Positions 1 to 9,678 of a DNA stretch of 64,000 bases are shown here, piece by piece. Position 1 is the first letter of the stretch. The number at the start of each line of letters is the position of its first letter. The notes under the pieces were generated by a model. It was given only the letters and a program-made list of their open reading frames with translations, searched no databases and was not told the origin of the DNA. The stretch covers positions 128,001-192,000 of the forward strand of contig CAVZQN010000001.1 in NCBI GenBank assembly GCA_963777505.1. Direction: 5' to 3'. Origin of the DNA: an uncultured bacterium. GTDB taxonomy: Bacteria > Acidobacteriota > HRBIN11 > JAKEFK01. Made by a program: the position numbers and the translations under genes.

Positions 1-681
1 ATCCATTCCACCCTGATCAGCAGCCACGTTCGCTTCCTTCATCTTTGAGGTGCCATCTTTTGGCTGAAATGCACCGGCCGGGTACCCAAGAGGTTGTTGG
101 CCAGGACGTCCTTGTAGTCCGGCTAACATTGCCGCGAACTGCTGAAGAATTTGCATGAATGGATTTTCTGAATCGGAAGGCATTCCGGTCGCTTCCTGAG
201 GAGCATTCGAAATCGTGTTATGAAGAATGTTTTCCGCCTCAGCAGATGAGCCAACAATGTCGAGTGCCGTGCGCACATCCATTTCTGGCGACAGAGATAG
301 TTCGCTCGCGAGATTCAGCATTGTTTCGATTTGACTGAAAGATTCTGCCATCTCAGATTCGGGTTGATCCCCTAACCTTTCTAATAAGCGTTGAAGGCCG
401 CCGCTGAATTCGGACAAAGGCATGCCGGGTGTCGATGCCTGGCGCAGTACGTGCGAATTCGGTAGACGATTTGCCAACGAAGATGCAAGCGTTTGATACA
501 TTTGCCCAGCTAATACGGCATCTCCCATTCTCGAAATTGCATTCTGCTGCGATGCTTTTATTGATTGCGCATTCTCCGGTAACCGACTTAACTCCGGTTT
601 GGTAGAACTAACTGCATCCGGCGTAGACGATTGAACTTTTTCATTCACTAGCGAATTTGCTGCCCGATCTGTTACTCTCAT
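1..681 (-). CDS. Hypothetical S/Q/A/M-rich protein, 3'-truncated by window edge (missing from ORF track)
   Basis: Manual translation from ATG at 681 is open to base 1 (MRVTDRAANSLVNEKVQSS...NPFMQILQQFAAMLAGLQG...); GAGGAG RBS upstream; no signal peptide. Confidence 0.8.
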   Translation of the reverse strand, partial: MRVTDRAANSLVNEKVQSSTPDAVSSTKPELSRLPENAQSIKASQQNAISRMGDAVLAGQMYQTLASSLANRLPNSHVLRQASTPGMPLSEFSGGLQRLLERLGDQPESEMAESFSQIETMLNLASELSLSPEMDVRTALDIVGSSAEAENILHNTISNAPQEATGMPSDSENPFMQILQQFAAMLAGLQGRPGQQPLGYPAGAFQPKDGTSKMKEANVAADQGGMD

Positions 682-721
682 GTTTTTCTCTCCTCAGAAT
701 TCGATGTACGTACGCACTATT

Positions 722-737
722 AGCAATCACCGTGCCG
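722..737 (-). promoter_or_regulatory. Sigma54 (RpoN) -24/-12 promoter motif
   Basis: Minus strand reads CGGCAC-GGTGA-TTGCT, matching TGGCAC-N5-TTGC(A/T), about 40 nt upstream of the ATG at 681. Confidence 0.65.
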
Positions 738-921
738 AGTTCGTGGAAACCCGGACCTCGAGGATGAGCCGGCTATTAGACTGGTAATTTTTGGCGTAAA
801 GGCAAAAAACTTTTGCGATTCGGCAAATCCGTAGGAGCGATCAGCCTTGAATGATGCTCCTTGACTTGAAGCCTGATCTGAAACAACTTCAATTGCATAC
901 TGACCAATAAAGGAGAAATCG

Positions 922-1218
922 ATGGTAAAAGTTGGATTGTATGTTCGGTTAGAAGCAAAACCAGGAAAGGAAAAAGATGTGGAGAATTTCTTGAATCAAG
1001 GACTATCGCTTGTGCAGCAGGAACCTGCAACAACCGTTTGGTTCGCAATTCGGATGGGTCCGTCTACATTCGGCATTTTTGATGCATTTCCAGATGAAAA
1101 TGGAAGACAAGCTCACTTAACAGGTGCGGTGGCATCGGCATTGATGGCAAATGCTGCAGAACTTCTTGCGGAACCTCCAAATATCGTAAAGCTGGATATA
1201 CTCGCTTCAAAAGTCTAA
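922..1218 (+). CDS. Antibiotic biosynthesis monooxygenase (ABM) family protein
   Basis: 98 aa, LEAKPGKE...EP...FGIFDAF...R.AHL pattern typical of ABM proteins; AAGGAG RBS. Confidence 0.85.
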   Translation: MVKVGLYVRLEAKPGKEKDVENFLNQGLSLVQQEPATTVWFAIRMGPSTFGIFDAFPDENGRQAHLTGAVASALMANAAELLAEPPNIVKLDILASKV

Positions 1219-1292
1219 CTCTGCGCCTCTGCGGTTGATCAAATTAAGATTTGATATAGGGGTATTTCATTTCTGTGGCATGATTTAAATGC

Positions 1293-2972
1293 ATGCTGCC
1301 AAGGTTATTGAAGTACTGCGTTGTCATTGTCTTCTTTTGCGTGAGCTGTTCGAAAGAAGTTCCCCCTGCCGAAAAACCCTCGAATCAATCCGATGCTGGC
1401 GAAATTGTCGTTGTTGCCACCCAGGATTTTCATGCAGCACTTGATCGAGCCGAAGGATTGGCTTCTGTGATCAATGATCTAAGAAAACAGTATGGGAATC
1501 ACATGATTTATCTGGATGGTGGAGACCAATTTCAAGGTTCGCTTGAAGGGAACATTAGCAAAGGGCGAGCGGTAGTTGGTTTTTTTAATTTGTTACACCT
1601 TGATGCAACGGCCATTGGCAATCATGAATTCGATTATGGTCCGGATGTTTCCAGCAGGATCACTGTTGAATCTGGTGAAGATGGAATGGGAAATCTAAAA
1701 GCCAGAGTAAATGAGGCAACGTATTCATTTCTGTCCGCAAATTTAATTGTGGATCCGGTGGAGTCATGCAAGCAAGGTCCGCATTGCAATGCGCTTGGAC
1801 AAACAACTGTATTCGAACCCCATATAATTCTGGAACGTGTTGGGAAAAAGATCGGAATCATCGGAGCAACAACTGCTACTGCGCAACATCGTACGAGTCC
1901 TGCTTATCTAACCAGAGCGAAATTTGAAGAAATGTTGCCTGTCGTGCAAGCGGAATCAAACTTCCTTCATCAAGTAGAAAAATGCGATTGGGTTTTGCTG
2001 GTTGTTCATGCGGGACTCCGTTACGAAAAAGATGGAAAAACTTTAATGAACACGGAACTGCTTTCCATGCTTCAAAATTTGCAGAACCCACTTATCGATG
2101 GTGTCTTTGCCGGCGATGTTCATGCTCAGGCGATGCAGCTAGTTCGTGGAATCCCTGTTGTTCAAGCCGGCAGCGGAGCAAAACATGTTGGCGTTCTGCA
2201 TTTAAAAGACGTTGGAGGCAAAAAGCAGCATCGCTTTGGTCCGCCGGTTGTAGTTCCAGATGTAGGGGTTTCGTTTGAAACGACCGAGTTTATGAAACCG
2301 TACAGACGGAAAGCATTGGAACGGAAACGCCAGTCGCTCGCAAAAGCAAAAGCACCTTTTCCACTGGATAAATCAAAAGAGACTGCGTTGGGCAATCTTG
2401 TTTCAACTGCTTTTCTGGAAGCAGGAAAAAAACGCGGCGGTGCTGATGCTGCACTGATTAATGCCGGAGCGCTTCGGACGGATCTTCCTGCAAATACGAT
2501 TACATACAGTCATGTCTTCAAACTCTTTCCGTATGATGATCATCTCGTAATTGCAGAACTTACTGGACAAGAATTAAAAACATTACTTGAGATTGCATTT
2601 AGCGGATCGAAAGGAATGCCATCTATTGCTGGTCTTCGAGTGACGATGACTCAACCTATTCCTCGCGATCTAAATGGCGATGGGGTTAACGAAAACTGGG
2701 AACAGAATACTCTGTCAGATATTCGCGATCGTAGAGGAAATAAAATTGACAATAAAAAACTATACCGGATCGCAACTCTATCGTACCTCGTTGAAGGAGG
2801 CGATTATCAAAATTATGTTTACGATCGAGTTCCTCAGTCGCGGATTCATTGGTTCGGTGAAATCCTGGCGCGTGAAATTATTGCGGATTACATGAAGAAA
2901 AAATCGCAACTAATCCCAACTGATTATTATTCAAAAGCAAATTCCAATATTCTAACCGCTGAGGCGCAATGA
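1293..2972 (+). CDS. Bifunctional metallophosphoesterase/5'-nucleotidase, probable lipoprotein
   Basis: DFH, GDQFQGS and GNHEFD metallophosphoesterase motifs; C-terminal N.GALR..L / FPYD / GGD.Q 5'-nucleotidase domain; hydrophobic leader ending CVSC. Confidence 0.9.
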   Translation: MLPRLLKYCVVIVFFCVSCSKEVPPAEKPSNQSDAGEIVVVATQDFHAALDRAEGLASVINDLRKQYGNHMIYLDGGDQFQGSLEGNISKGRAVVGFFNLLHLDATAIGNHEFDYGPDVSSRITVESGEDGMGNLKARVNEATYSFLSANLIVDPVESCKQGPHCNALGQTTVFEPHIILERVGKKIGIIGATTATAQHRTSPAYLTRAKFEEMLPVVQAESNFLHQVEKCDWVLLVVHAGLRYEKDGKTLMNTELLSMLQNLQNPLIDGVFAGDVHAQAMQLVRGIPVVQAGSGAKHVGVLHLKDVGGKKQHRFGPPVVVPDVGVSFETTEFMKPYRRKALERKRQSLAKAKAPFPLDKSKETALGNLVSTAFLEAGKKRGGADAALINAGALRTDLPANTITYSHVFKLFPYDDHLVIAELTGQELKTLLEIAFSGSKGMPSIAGLRVTMTQPIPRDLNGDGVNENWEQNTLSDIRDRRGNKIDNKKLYRIATLSYLVEGGDYQNYVYDRVPQSRIHWFGEILAREIIADYMKKKSQLIPTDYYSKANSNILTAEAQ

Positions 2973-5107
2973 TTCGTTCGGAGCGCGGACATCTTGTCCG
3001 CATTAAGGGCCGCAGGCATCTTGCCTGCCAGGGAATTGCGGACTGGAAGTCCGCGGCCCGAAATGCAGGCTTGAAGCCTGCGCTCCTATTCATTCTCTTT
3101 CTGGCTGTAATACCTGCGCAGTTTGCTATTTCAGAGACTCTTTTGACCGAACCGGAAATGCGCGCTTTGAGTGAAGAAATATCCGGAGAGCTTGCTAAAC
3201 GGAATCTGGAATTTATTTCCCGTCAACATCGCATGCGCGGATCGCAGGGGTATTTGGCCGCCGCAGAATTTATTGCACAAGAGCTTCGGAAATATGGTAT
3301 TCCGGAAGTCAGGATCGAAGAATTTCCTGCCGATGGAAAAATCTTTTACGGAACTCAACGATCTCGTCCACCATGGGATGCTGAATTCGCAGAACTCTGG
3401 GAGCTAAAAGACGATAGTAGTCCCACTACACGCATTGCTTCATGGGACGCTGTTCCACTTTCTCTCGCACAAGACAGCGAATCCGCTGATCTCACTGCAG
3501 AGCTGATCGATGTTGGGAAAGGAACCACTGAAAATGATTACAAAGGAAAAGATGTTAGAAACAAAATCATTTTGATCTCTGAACAACCTGAAAGTGCAGC
3601 CCCTGTTGGAATTGAACAACTTGGAGCAGCTGGAATTGTCAGCTATGCACAAAATCAGCGGACTGCCTGGTGGGGAGAAAATGAAAACCTGATTCGTTGG
3701 GGGCATCTGGATACATTTGCAAAAAAACCGACATTCGCTTTCATGATTTCATTAAAACAAGCACGCACATTTCAAAAGCGTCTTGCTGGTGGTGAAAAAA
3801 TTTTGTTGAAAGCAACAGTGCGTGCCGGAAAACATCCCGGAAAGTATCACGTTGTGAATGCAGCGATTCCAGGAGCGGATCCAACTTTGAAAGAAAAAGA
3901 AATTGTATTCAGCTGTCATCTGGATCATCCGAGACCTGGCGCAAATGACAATGCGAGTGGTTGTATGACAATCCTCGAAGTCGCAAGAGTTTTTTCGAAA
4001 CTTATTGCGGAACGAAAGATCGAACGGCCAGCGCGCACACTCCGTTTCATATGGCCGCCGGAAGTCGAAGGAACGTTAACACTGCTGAATGCACGTCCAG
4101 AAATCGCGGCTCGCATCCTGAGCGTAATCCACATGGATATGGTAGGAGGTTCAACTGAAACTCAGGCTGTCTTCCATATCACACGTGGGCCAGCGAGCTT
4201 ACCTTCCTTTATATATGATGTAGCTGATTCATTCGGAGAATTTGTTAATCATCAAACTGATGATTTCGCGAGCACTGGTTCAGCACAATTTCCACTGCAC
4301 TCTACGGATGGTGAAAAAAGACCGCTTCAAGCAGCTCTCGCCGGATTTTCTATGGGGAGCGATCATCAAATCTATACCGATTCCTCTTTCGGAATTCCGG
4401 CGATTTATTTCAACGATTGGCCGGACCGTTACATTCACACAAGCTTTGATACACCTGCAAACATCGATCCAACAAAATTAAAACGCGCAGCATTTCTTGG
4501 CGCCGCAAATGCATATTTTCTGTCTAATTTCAGAGAAACAGACCTGGAAATTCTTTGGCCTACACTTCAAAGTGCAAGCTTAAAAAGAAGCGGAACATTT
4601 CTAAAACGAACACAGCTCCTTTCCCCAAAGGACAAACAAGATGCGGCGCGCTTTCATGTGTGGTATGAACGTAAAGTCTTTGATTCATTTGAACGATATT
4701 TTCAGGTCTCCGAAAAAACAAAAACTGAAATCAAGAATTTCTTGGAGCTGACACAAAACATTATCGGCAATGAACCATCTTCCACAGCAGCATCCGGTGA
4801 CTCAGCCATTGTTTTTTCCCGGAATCCGAAGTTGAAAGGCCCAATGGAGGCCTTTGGCTATAGCTATCTTGACGAACATTACGGTAGTGAAAAAGTGAAA
4901 ACGTTACGGTTGCTGAACTTTACTGGACAACTTGCTGATGGATCGACTTATGCTTACGAAGCATTGAACTTTGTTGATGGACATCGGAATGTTCAAGAGA
5001 TCGCAAGCCAGTTGTCAGGAGCCTATGGTCCGATTCCTGTTGAGCTTGTTATGGAATACCTTCGGGCTCTTGAATCGATCGGCGTTGTAGCCAGGAACGG
5101 CCGTTAA
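2969..5107 (+). CDS. Secreted M28 family metallo-aminopeptidase with PA domain
   Basis: CHLDH, GANDNASG, PEVEG, MDMVG, GSDH and YIHTS.D Zn-ligand motifs; PA-like insert; ATGA overlap with the upstream gene. Confidence 0.85.
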   Translation: MIRSERGHLVRIKGRRHLACQGIADWKSAARNAGLKPALLFILFLAVIPAQFAISETLLTEPEMRALSEEISGELAKRNLEFISRQHRMRGSQGYLAAAEFIAQELRKYGIPEVRIEEFPADGKIFYGTQRSRPPWDAEFAELWELKDDSSPTTRIASWDAVPLSLAQDSESADLTAELIDVGKGTTENDYKGKDVRNKIILISEQPESAAPVGIEQLGAAGIVSYAQNQRTAWWGENENLIRWGHLDTFAKKPTFAFMISLKQARTFQKRLAGGEKILLKATVRAGKHPGKYHVVNAAIPGADPTLKEKEIVFSCHLDHPRPGANDNASGCMTILEVARVFSKLIAERKIERPARTLRFIWPPEVEGTLTLLNARPEIAARILSVIHMDMVGGSTETQAVFHITRGPASLPSFIYDVADSFGEFVNHQTDDFASTGSAQFPLHSTDGEKRPLQAALAGFSMGSDHQIYTDSSFGIPAIYFNDWPDRYIHTSFDTPANIDPTKLKRAAFLGAANAYFLSNFRETDLEILWPTLQSASLKRSGTFLKRTQLLSPKDKQDAARFHVWYERKVFDSFERYFQVSEKTKTEIKNFLELTQNIIGNEPSSTAASGDSAIVFSRNPKLKGPMEAFGYSYLDEHYGSEKVKTLRLLNFTGQLADGSTYAYEALNFVDGHRNVQEIASQLSGAYGPIPVELVMEYLRALESIGVVARNGR
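2980..3086. repeat. Nested REP-like palindrome cluster inserted in-frame in the M28 signal peptide
   Basis: Outer GGAGCGC...GCGCTCC and inner GGGCCGC...GCGGCCC inverted repeats enclose hairpins GCGGACATCTTGTCCGC, GCAGGCATCTTGCCTGC, GCGGACTGGAAGTCCGC and GCAGGCTTGAAGCCTGC. Confidence 0.8.
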
Positions 5108-7264
5108 TCGACTTCGATTTGATCGTACCTTCCAGTACCTTTCTTAACGCGGAAACCGACTGTTCCACTCGCGGATGCACCGGACGGAATTGTCAGTAGA
5201 AGATTGCCATTCACGCTTACGGTGAAGTCAGTTCCATTAAATGAGAGTCCAATTTGATAAGGAACATTTGGATTCAGAATAACACTCGCATTCGACTTCG
5301 CGACAATGGATCCGTTGGATCTTTGTTTAAATTGAATTTTGTCTTTTGCAGGCAGAAGAACTAGCTCTGAATAGTTCTTATTATTTTGATACCAGACCAA
5401 AACTGAAACACGAACTTCAGCCTCACTTCCAATCCGGACAGTTGTATTGATGGTACAAGTGCTGCATCCAGAAAAAATCGGATTCGCAATTACCTCTGCT
5501 TTTTTTGTCGTATGGGAGCCCACTAACTCACCACCGGTTTCGTTCCAGGTCCCCTTAACATAAGTCCAGTTTGGATCGACGACTCCATTATTGAAATCGT
5601 CACAGAACAAGCAGGAGCCGCTTCCATTGATCTGGATTGTATAACTGCGACTGCCTGTATCCGAATTTGTGTCGGTAGCCGTAATTGTGAAATTGGATGA
5701 GCCTGTCGCATCGGGCGTTCCGGATAACGTGCCATTGCTGGCCAGATTCAGTCCGGATGGCAACGAACCCGATGTGACTGAAAATGTATATGGAGCAGTT
5801 CCGCCACTCGCAGTAATCGTTTGATTGTAAGAAGTGCCTTGAGTTCCGGACGGAAGACTTGCAGGATTTACAGTAATTGTAACTGCACTTGAAAATTCGA
5901 ATCCACCCATATCGAATGGACCGCTTACCGGACGTGATTCAAATTGTTGATGCTTCACATATTGAAAGTCCACATCGGGAGCCGTGCTTGCGAGCGTCGT
6001 TCCTGCATCGATACAAGCTGAGCCGCTTGCAAGATGGAAGTCTTGAGATGCGAAATCAAGAAATCCAGGAACGGTCCCTGTGATATTTCCACCTTGATTA
6101 TTAATTGTCCCCGAAACACCACTATGGCTGTTTACGTATCCAGTCTTGAACCAATTATTTCGATAGTTGAAAACTCCCGCGCCATCGATTAGCGCGAGTC
6201 TGTTGCCGGTGTCTGTAACGTAAACGATATTGTTGCGAACATCGGCCGTTTCATCATTTGTAGAAAGCCGGAGCAATGTTGTGTTTCCAACCCTGTAGGA
6301 AACGATTGTGTTGTTATAAAAATAAAGTGTGCCTTTCCGATATTCGTCTGTATTTCCGCTATCGCCGCCATAATGAACAACCTGGTTATTTAGACCGTCG
6401 TTTAATTCAACTAAGACGTTTCCGTAAACGTAAGTCTTGTGAAATTCAGGAAACTGCGCCACTCCCCCACCGTCATCATCAACTAGATCCATTGTACGAT
6501 TACCACCTTCAATCCAGTTATAACGGATTACAGTTCCTGCCGAGCGATCCTTAAGATTGCTGCCTCCGCATCCGGGACGGAGCGGCCCAAATCGATTGTA
6601 TTGAAAAATAATTCCACGCGCTGCGGTGTAATTATTATGTTCAAAAATACTTCCATTATTTCCGTTGTTATAGATGTAGTTTCCTTCTACCAGAATATCT
6701 TCAGTCTCGCCATCCCATGCGCCAATAAACAAACCATTCCCGCTGTCATGCAAAATGCAATTTCGAATCGTCAGATGTTTTACTTTTTCAACGTAAATCG
6801 GAGCTGCATTGTTTATATAGGTAGAGGTGTTTCCATTGTCATTAGTGAAATTAAATGGAGGACGTCCGCTTCGAATTTCCAAATTTTCGATAACAATGTA
6901 TTGAGGCATCGTATCGGATGGCGTATTTGCGCCGCCGATTTTGATGACTCCCCGTTCTTCATTCCAGAAATTCAACGGAGATGGAGTCGTTGCACCATTT
7001 CCATCAATTACCGGCAGTTCTCCATTTGGCCCTGGCACACCTTGAACGACAATTGGATTTGCTGCTGTTCCTTGCCGGCAAATGACCCACTTTTCTTTGT
7101 ACGCATTCGCACGGTAATGAATCCGAACCACATCACCGGCTCCTAATGTATGCCATGGTACAGCCCCAATGGATGCTAAAGGCTGACCCGGTCCTACGTC
7201 ATATGTAGTTGCATGTGCGGAAACTGAAACAAAAATCAAAACGAGCAAGCGCCAATCTCTTCAT
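5104..7264 (-). CDS. Secreted right-handed beta-helix (pectin-lyase-fold) protein with Ig-like domain and C-terminal beta-sandwich
   Basis: Asn/Gly-rich beta-helix repeats, DFHL..GS.CIDAG motif, GGTAPYTF...GSLPSGL.L...G.LSGTP Ig domain, C-terminal CLFCDDF domain. ATG at 7264 is one base out of frame (MKRWRLLVL... if one T is removed); the ORF track starts at 7248. Confidence 0.75.
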
Positions 7265-7290
7265 TGAATAAACCAAGCCCTACAAAAACT

Positions 7291-7306
7291 AGCAAGAGAG
7301 GTGCCA
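7291..7306 (-). promoter_or_regulatory. Sigma54 -24/-12 promoter
   Basis: Minus strand reads TGGCAC-CTCTC-TTGCT, a consensus match, directly upstream of the beta-helix gene. Confidence 0.75.
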
Positions 7307-7401
7307 GCTTAAGCTCGAGGAGAGCTACATGCGTAGCGACAAATTTTGACGCCAAAACCGTAGTTCATGTGGGCATTTTTTGTTTTGAACGATTGTTCAG
7401 C

Positions 7402-7554
7402 GATTTGTAACGCCGGCTTCCAGCCGGCTCCTAAATTTTTTACGACGAAGATCACGAAGCGTCACGGAGAGTTTATAAATAAATTCAGACTTCGTGCTTC
7501 ATCGTGATCTTCGTGGTTTAATTTCTGGCCGGCAAGATGCCAGCGTTACAAATC
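7402..7554. repeat. Composite REP-like element (outer TGTAACGCCGGC family, inner CACGAAG family)
   Basis: GATTTGTAACG...CGTTACAAATC termini with GCCGGCTTCCAGCCGGC / GCCGGCAAGATGCCAGC hairpins, enclosing ACGAAGATCACGAAG...ATCGTGATCTTCGTGG. Confidence 0.75.
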
Positions 7555-7578
7555 CCTTGATAAACTAAGAACATCAAA

Positions 7579-8634
7579 ATGAAGCTTAGAAGTCCACTCA
7601 TAATTTTCGCAATCTGGACGCTTCTCGCAATCCCATATGCCAGCCATTTGTATCTTTACCTTACAATGCGGGGATACAAAACTACATGGGAACTTCAGTT
7701 TGTTGAAGCTTTAGCAGGGACGTATACATGGGCATTGTTGACACCGTTCTTGTTGAAGCTAACGAACAAATTTCCTCTGTTGTCTACGAAAGCCTCAAGG
7801 CTCGCCGTTCATTTGCCTGCGGCTTTTGGAATTTCACTTTTACAGGTAATTTTGCATACACTCGCTGATGGCTTCCTGGTACATTGGAATGAGCCACTAC
7901 AACTTTGGGATCGCTTTTCCAGTATTTTTTCACGAACTTATTTCTTTAATTTAATCATTTACGCCATTGGATTGTGTTTGCATGGTGTGTTTGAGTTTTA
8001 TAAAAGAAAAGAATTGGAAAGCGCTCGGATTCGCGCAGAGAGCGCCGAAAGTGAACTGAAATTGTTAAAGGACCAGCTGCAGCCTCATTTTCTTTTTAAC
8101 ACGCTCAACACCATCGTTTCGTTAATTTATCAAGATCCTTCGAAGGCGCATGTCATGATTTCAAAGCTAAGTCATTTATTGAGAATGACTCTCGAATACA
8201 GAGCGGAGCATACAATTTCACTGGAGCAAGAACTGCAATTAGTAAAGACGTATATTGAGATTGAAAAAGTCCGCTTTCAAGATCGACTGAATGTTGAATA
8301 CGAAATCGATCAAAAGTTATCGAACGTATTCATCCCCTGTATGATCTTGCAGCCTCTTGTTGAGAATTCGATTCGACACCGTGTAGAGCTTTCCGAATCC
8401 GACACGAATATTAAGATTGTTGCAACACAACATGATCAGAGCTTGCAGCTTTGCGTACGTGACACAGGCGTGGCTGCTCCTTCTTCCAACAATTCTTCAG
8501 GAATAGGGCTCAAGAATTTGAAATTACGTTTAGAAAAACTGTATGGAGATAAGGCGCAGTTAAAAATAGACCAGCTTGTTCCTGACGGATTTGAAGTCAA
8601 AATTCTTCTGCCTTTAATATGCGAAAACCGATAG
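7579..8634 (+). CDS. LytS/YehU-type membrane sensor histidine kinase
   Basis: N-terminal TM helices, QLQPHFLFNTLN H-box, LQPLVENSI N-box, GIGLKN G-box. Confidence 0.92.
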   Translation: MKLRSPLIIFAIWTLLAIPYASHLYLYLTMRGYKTTWELQFVEALAGTYTWALLTPFLLKLTNKFPLLSTKASRLAVHLPAAFGISLLQVILHTLADGFLVHWNEPLQLWDRFSSIFSRTYFFNLIIYAIGLCLHGVFEFYKRKELESARIRAESAESELKLLKDQLQPHFLFNTLNTIVSLIYQDPSKAHVMISKLSHLLRMTLEYRAEHTISLEQELQLVKTYIEIEKVRFQDRLNVEYEIDQKLSNVFIPCMILQPLVENSIRHRVELSESDTNIKIVATQHDQSLQLCVRDTGVAAPSSNNSSGIGLKNLKLRLEKLYGDKAQLKIDQLVPDGFEVKILLPLICENR

Positions 8635-9401
8635 AGTCTCTTCGAGTATTAATTGTTGATGACGAAGCGCCCGCTCGGTATCTTATCCGGCATTTGCTCT
8701 CCACCGAATCAGGGCTCCAGATCGTTGGTGAAGCTGAAAGCGCAAGTCAGGCAGTTGAGCAAATTCGATCAAAAAAAGTGGATTTGATTTTTCTGGATAT
8801 TCAGCTGCGCGGCAAGGGAGCATTTTCAATCATTCAAGAAATTGGTCCTGCCCAAATGCCCCTCGTGATTTTTATTACCGCATATCGCGAACATGCTTTT
8901 GATGCTTTTCAGCTTCCTGCCGTTGATTACTTGTTGAAGCCTGTTGATCCGGAGCGTTTTCATGTTGCAATAACACGCGCGAAGGAGCGGTTGACCAACC
9001 GGAATATCAACAACATAAAATCGATGCTGTCCAAGGTATTGCCCGATTCTGAAAATAATCAATCCGATCGAATCAGCGTTCACCATGGAAATAAGTGGAT
9101 CGTAGTTAGCTTGAAAGAGATTGCATGGATGAAGGCAGAAAGAAACTATGTCCGTGCTTTTTCAAAAGATTCGAACTATAAAATCCGCCGTTCAATATCT
9201 TCAATTGAACAACAGCTACCGGAACAATTTCTTAGGATTCATCGATCAACGATCGTCAATATAGACTTTGTGCGCGAGATTGTCAGGTTGCTGCATGGCG
9301 AATACAGACTCATCCTCCAAGATGGAACGCAGCTACATATCTCAAGGAAATACCGCACTCGACTCCAAGAAAAACTGCAACTTGTGACTCGGGGTTTGTA
9401 A
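8619..9401 (+). CDS. LytTR-family response regulator
   Basis: Receiver motifs IVDDE, FLDIQ, FITAY, DYLLKP; LytTR FLRIHRSTIVN. Confidence 0.93.
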   Translation: MRKPIESLRVLIVDDEAPARYLIRHLLSTESGLQIVGEAESASQAVEQIRSKKVDLIFLDIQLRGKGAFSIIQEIGPAQMPLVIFITAYREHAFDAFQLPAVDYLLKPVDPERFHVAITRAKERLTNRNINNIKSMLSKVLPDSENNQSDRISVHHGNKWIVVSLKEIAWMKAERNYVRAFSKDSNYKIRRSISSIEQQLPEQFLRIHRSTIVNIDFVREIVRLLHGEYRLILQDGTQLHISRKYRTRLQEKLQLVTRGL

Positions 9402-9551
9402 CGCCATCTTGCCGGCTCCTAAGAATTCTAAACCACGAAATCCACGAAGTAGCACGAAAAATTTGATATTTAGTGCATAAGCTTCGTGTTTCTTCGTTGA
9501 CCTTCGTGGTTATTCCCTTTTTAAAAGCCGGCTGGAAGCCGGCGGTACAAA
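9395..9551. repeat. Second composite REP-like element
   Basis: TTTGTAACGCC...GCCGGCTGGAAGCCGGCGGTACAAA enclosing AACCACGAAATCCACGAAG...CTTCGTTGACCTTCGTGGTT; it supplies the TAA stop of the LytTR gene. Confidence 0.75.
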
Positions 9552-9678
9552 TTGCTATCCAAACCCATTTCGTGTTGATTCGGCCTCACTATCCACTTCT
9601 TCGTTCCAAAAAGAATCAACAGTTTGAATGGATCGATTATCGTAGACATCAACTTAAGTTTTGATTGGAGGATATTCA

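Noticed and set aside
1276-1292. Sigma54 motif upstream of the 5'-nucleotidase (TGGCATGATTTAAATGC)
   Set aside because: GG-to-GC spacing is wrong and it abuts the start codon.
7402-9551. CRISPR array
   Set aside because: Repeats are inverted, dispersed and nested, not regularly spaced direct repeats with unique spacers; no cas genes.
9555-9610. LytTR direct-repeat binding site upstream of 9679
   Set aside because: Only loose TTCGT matches without convincing regular spacing.
9473-9664. 63-aa ORF upstream of the beta-propeller gene
   Set aside because: It is a translation of the REP composite (LRVSSLTFVV, AGWKPAVQ); no independent coding signal.
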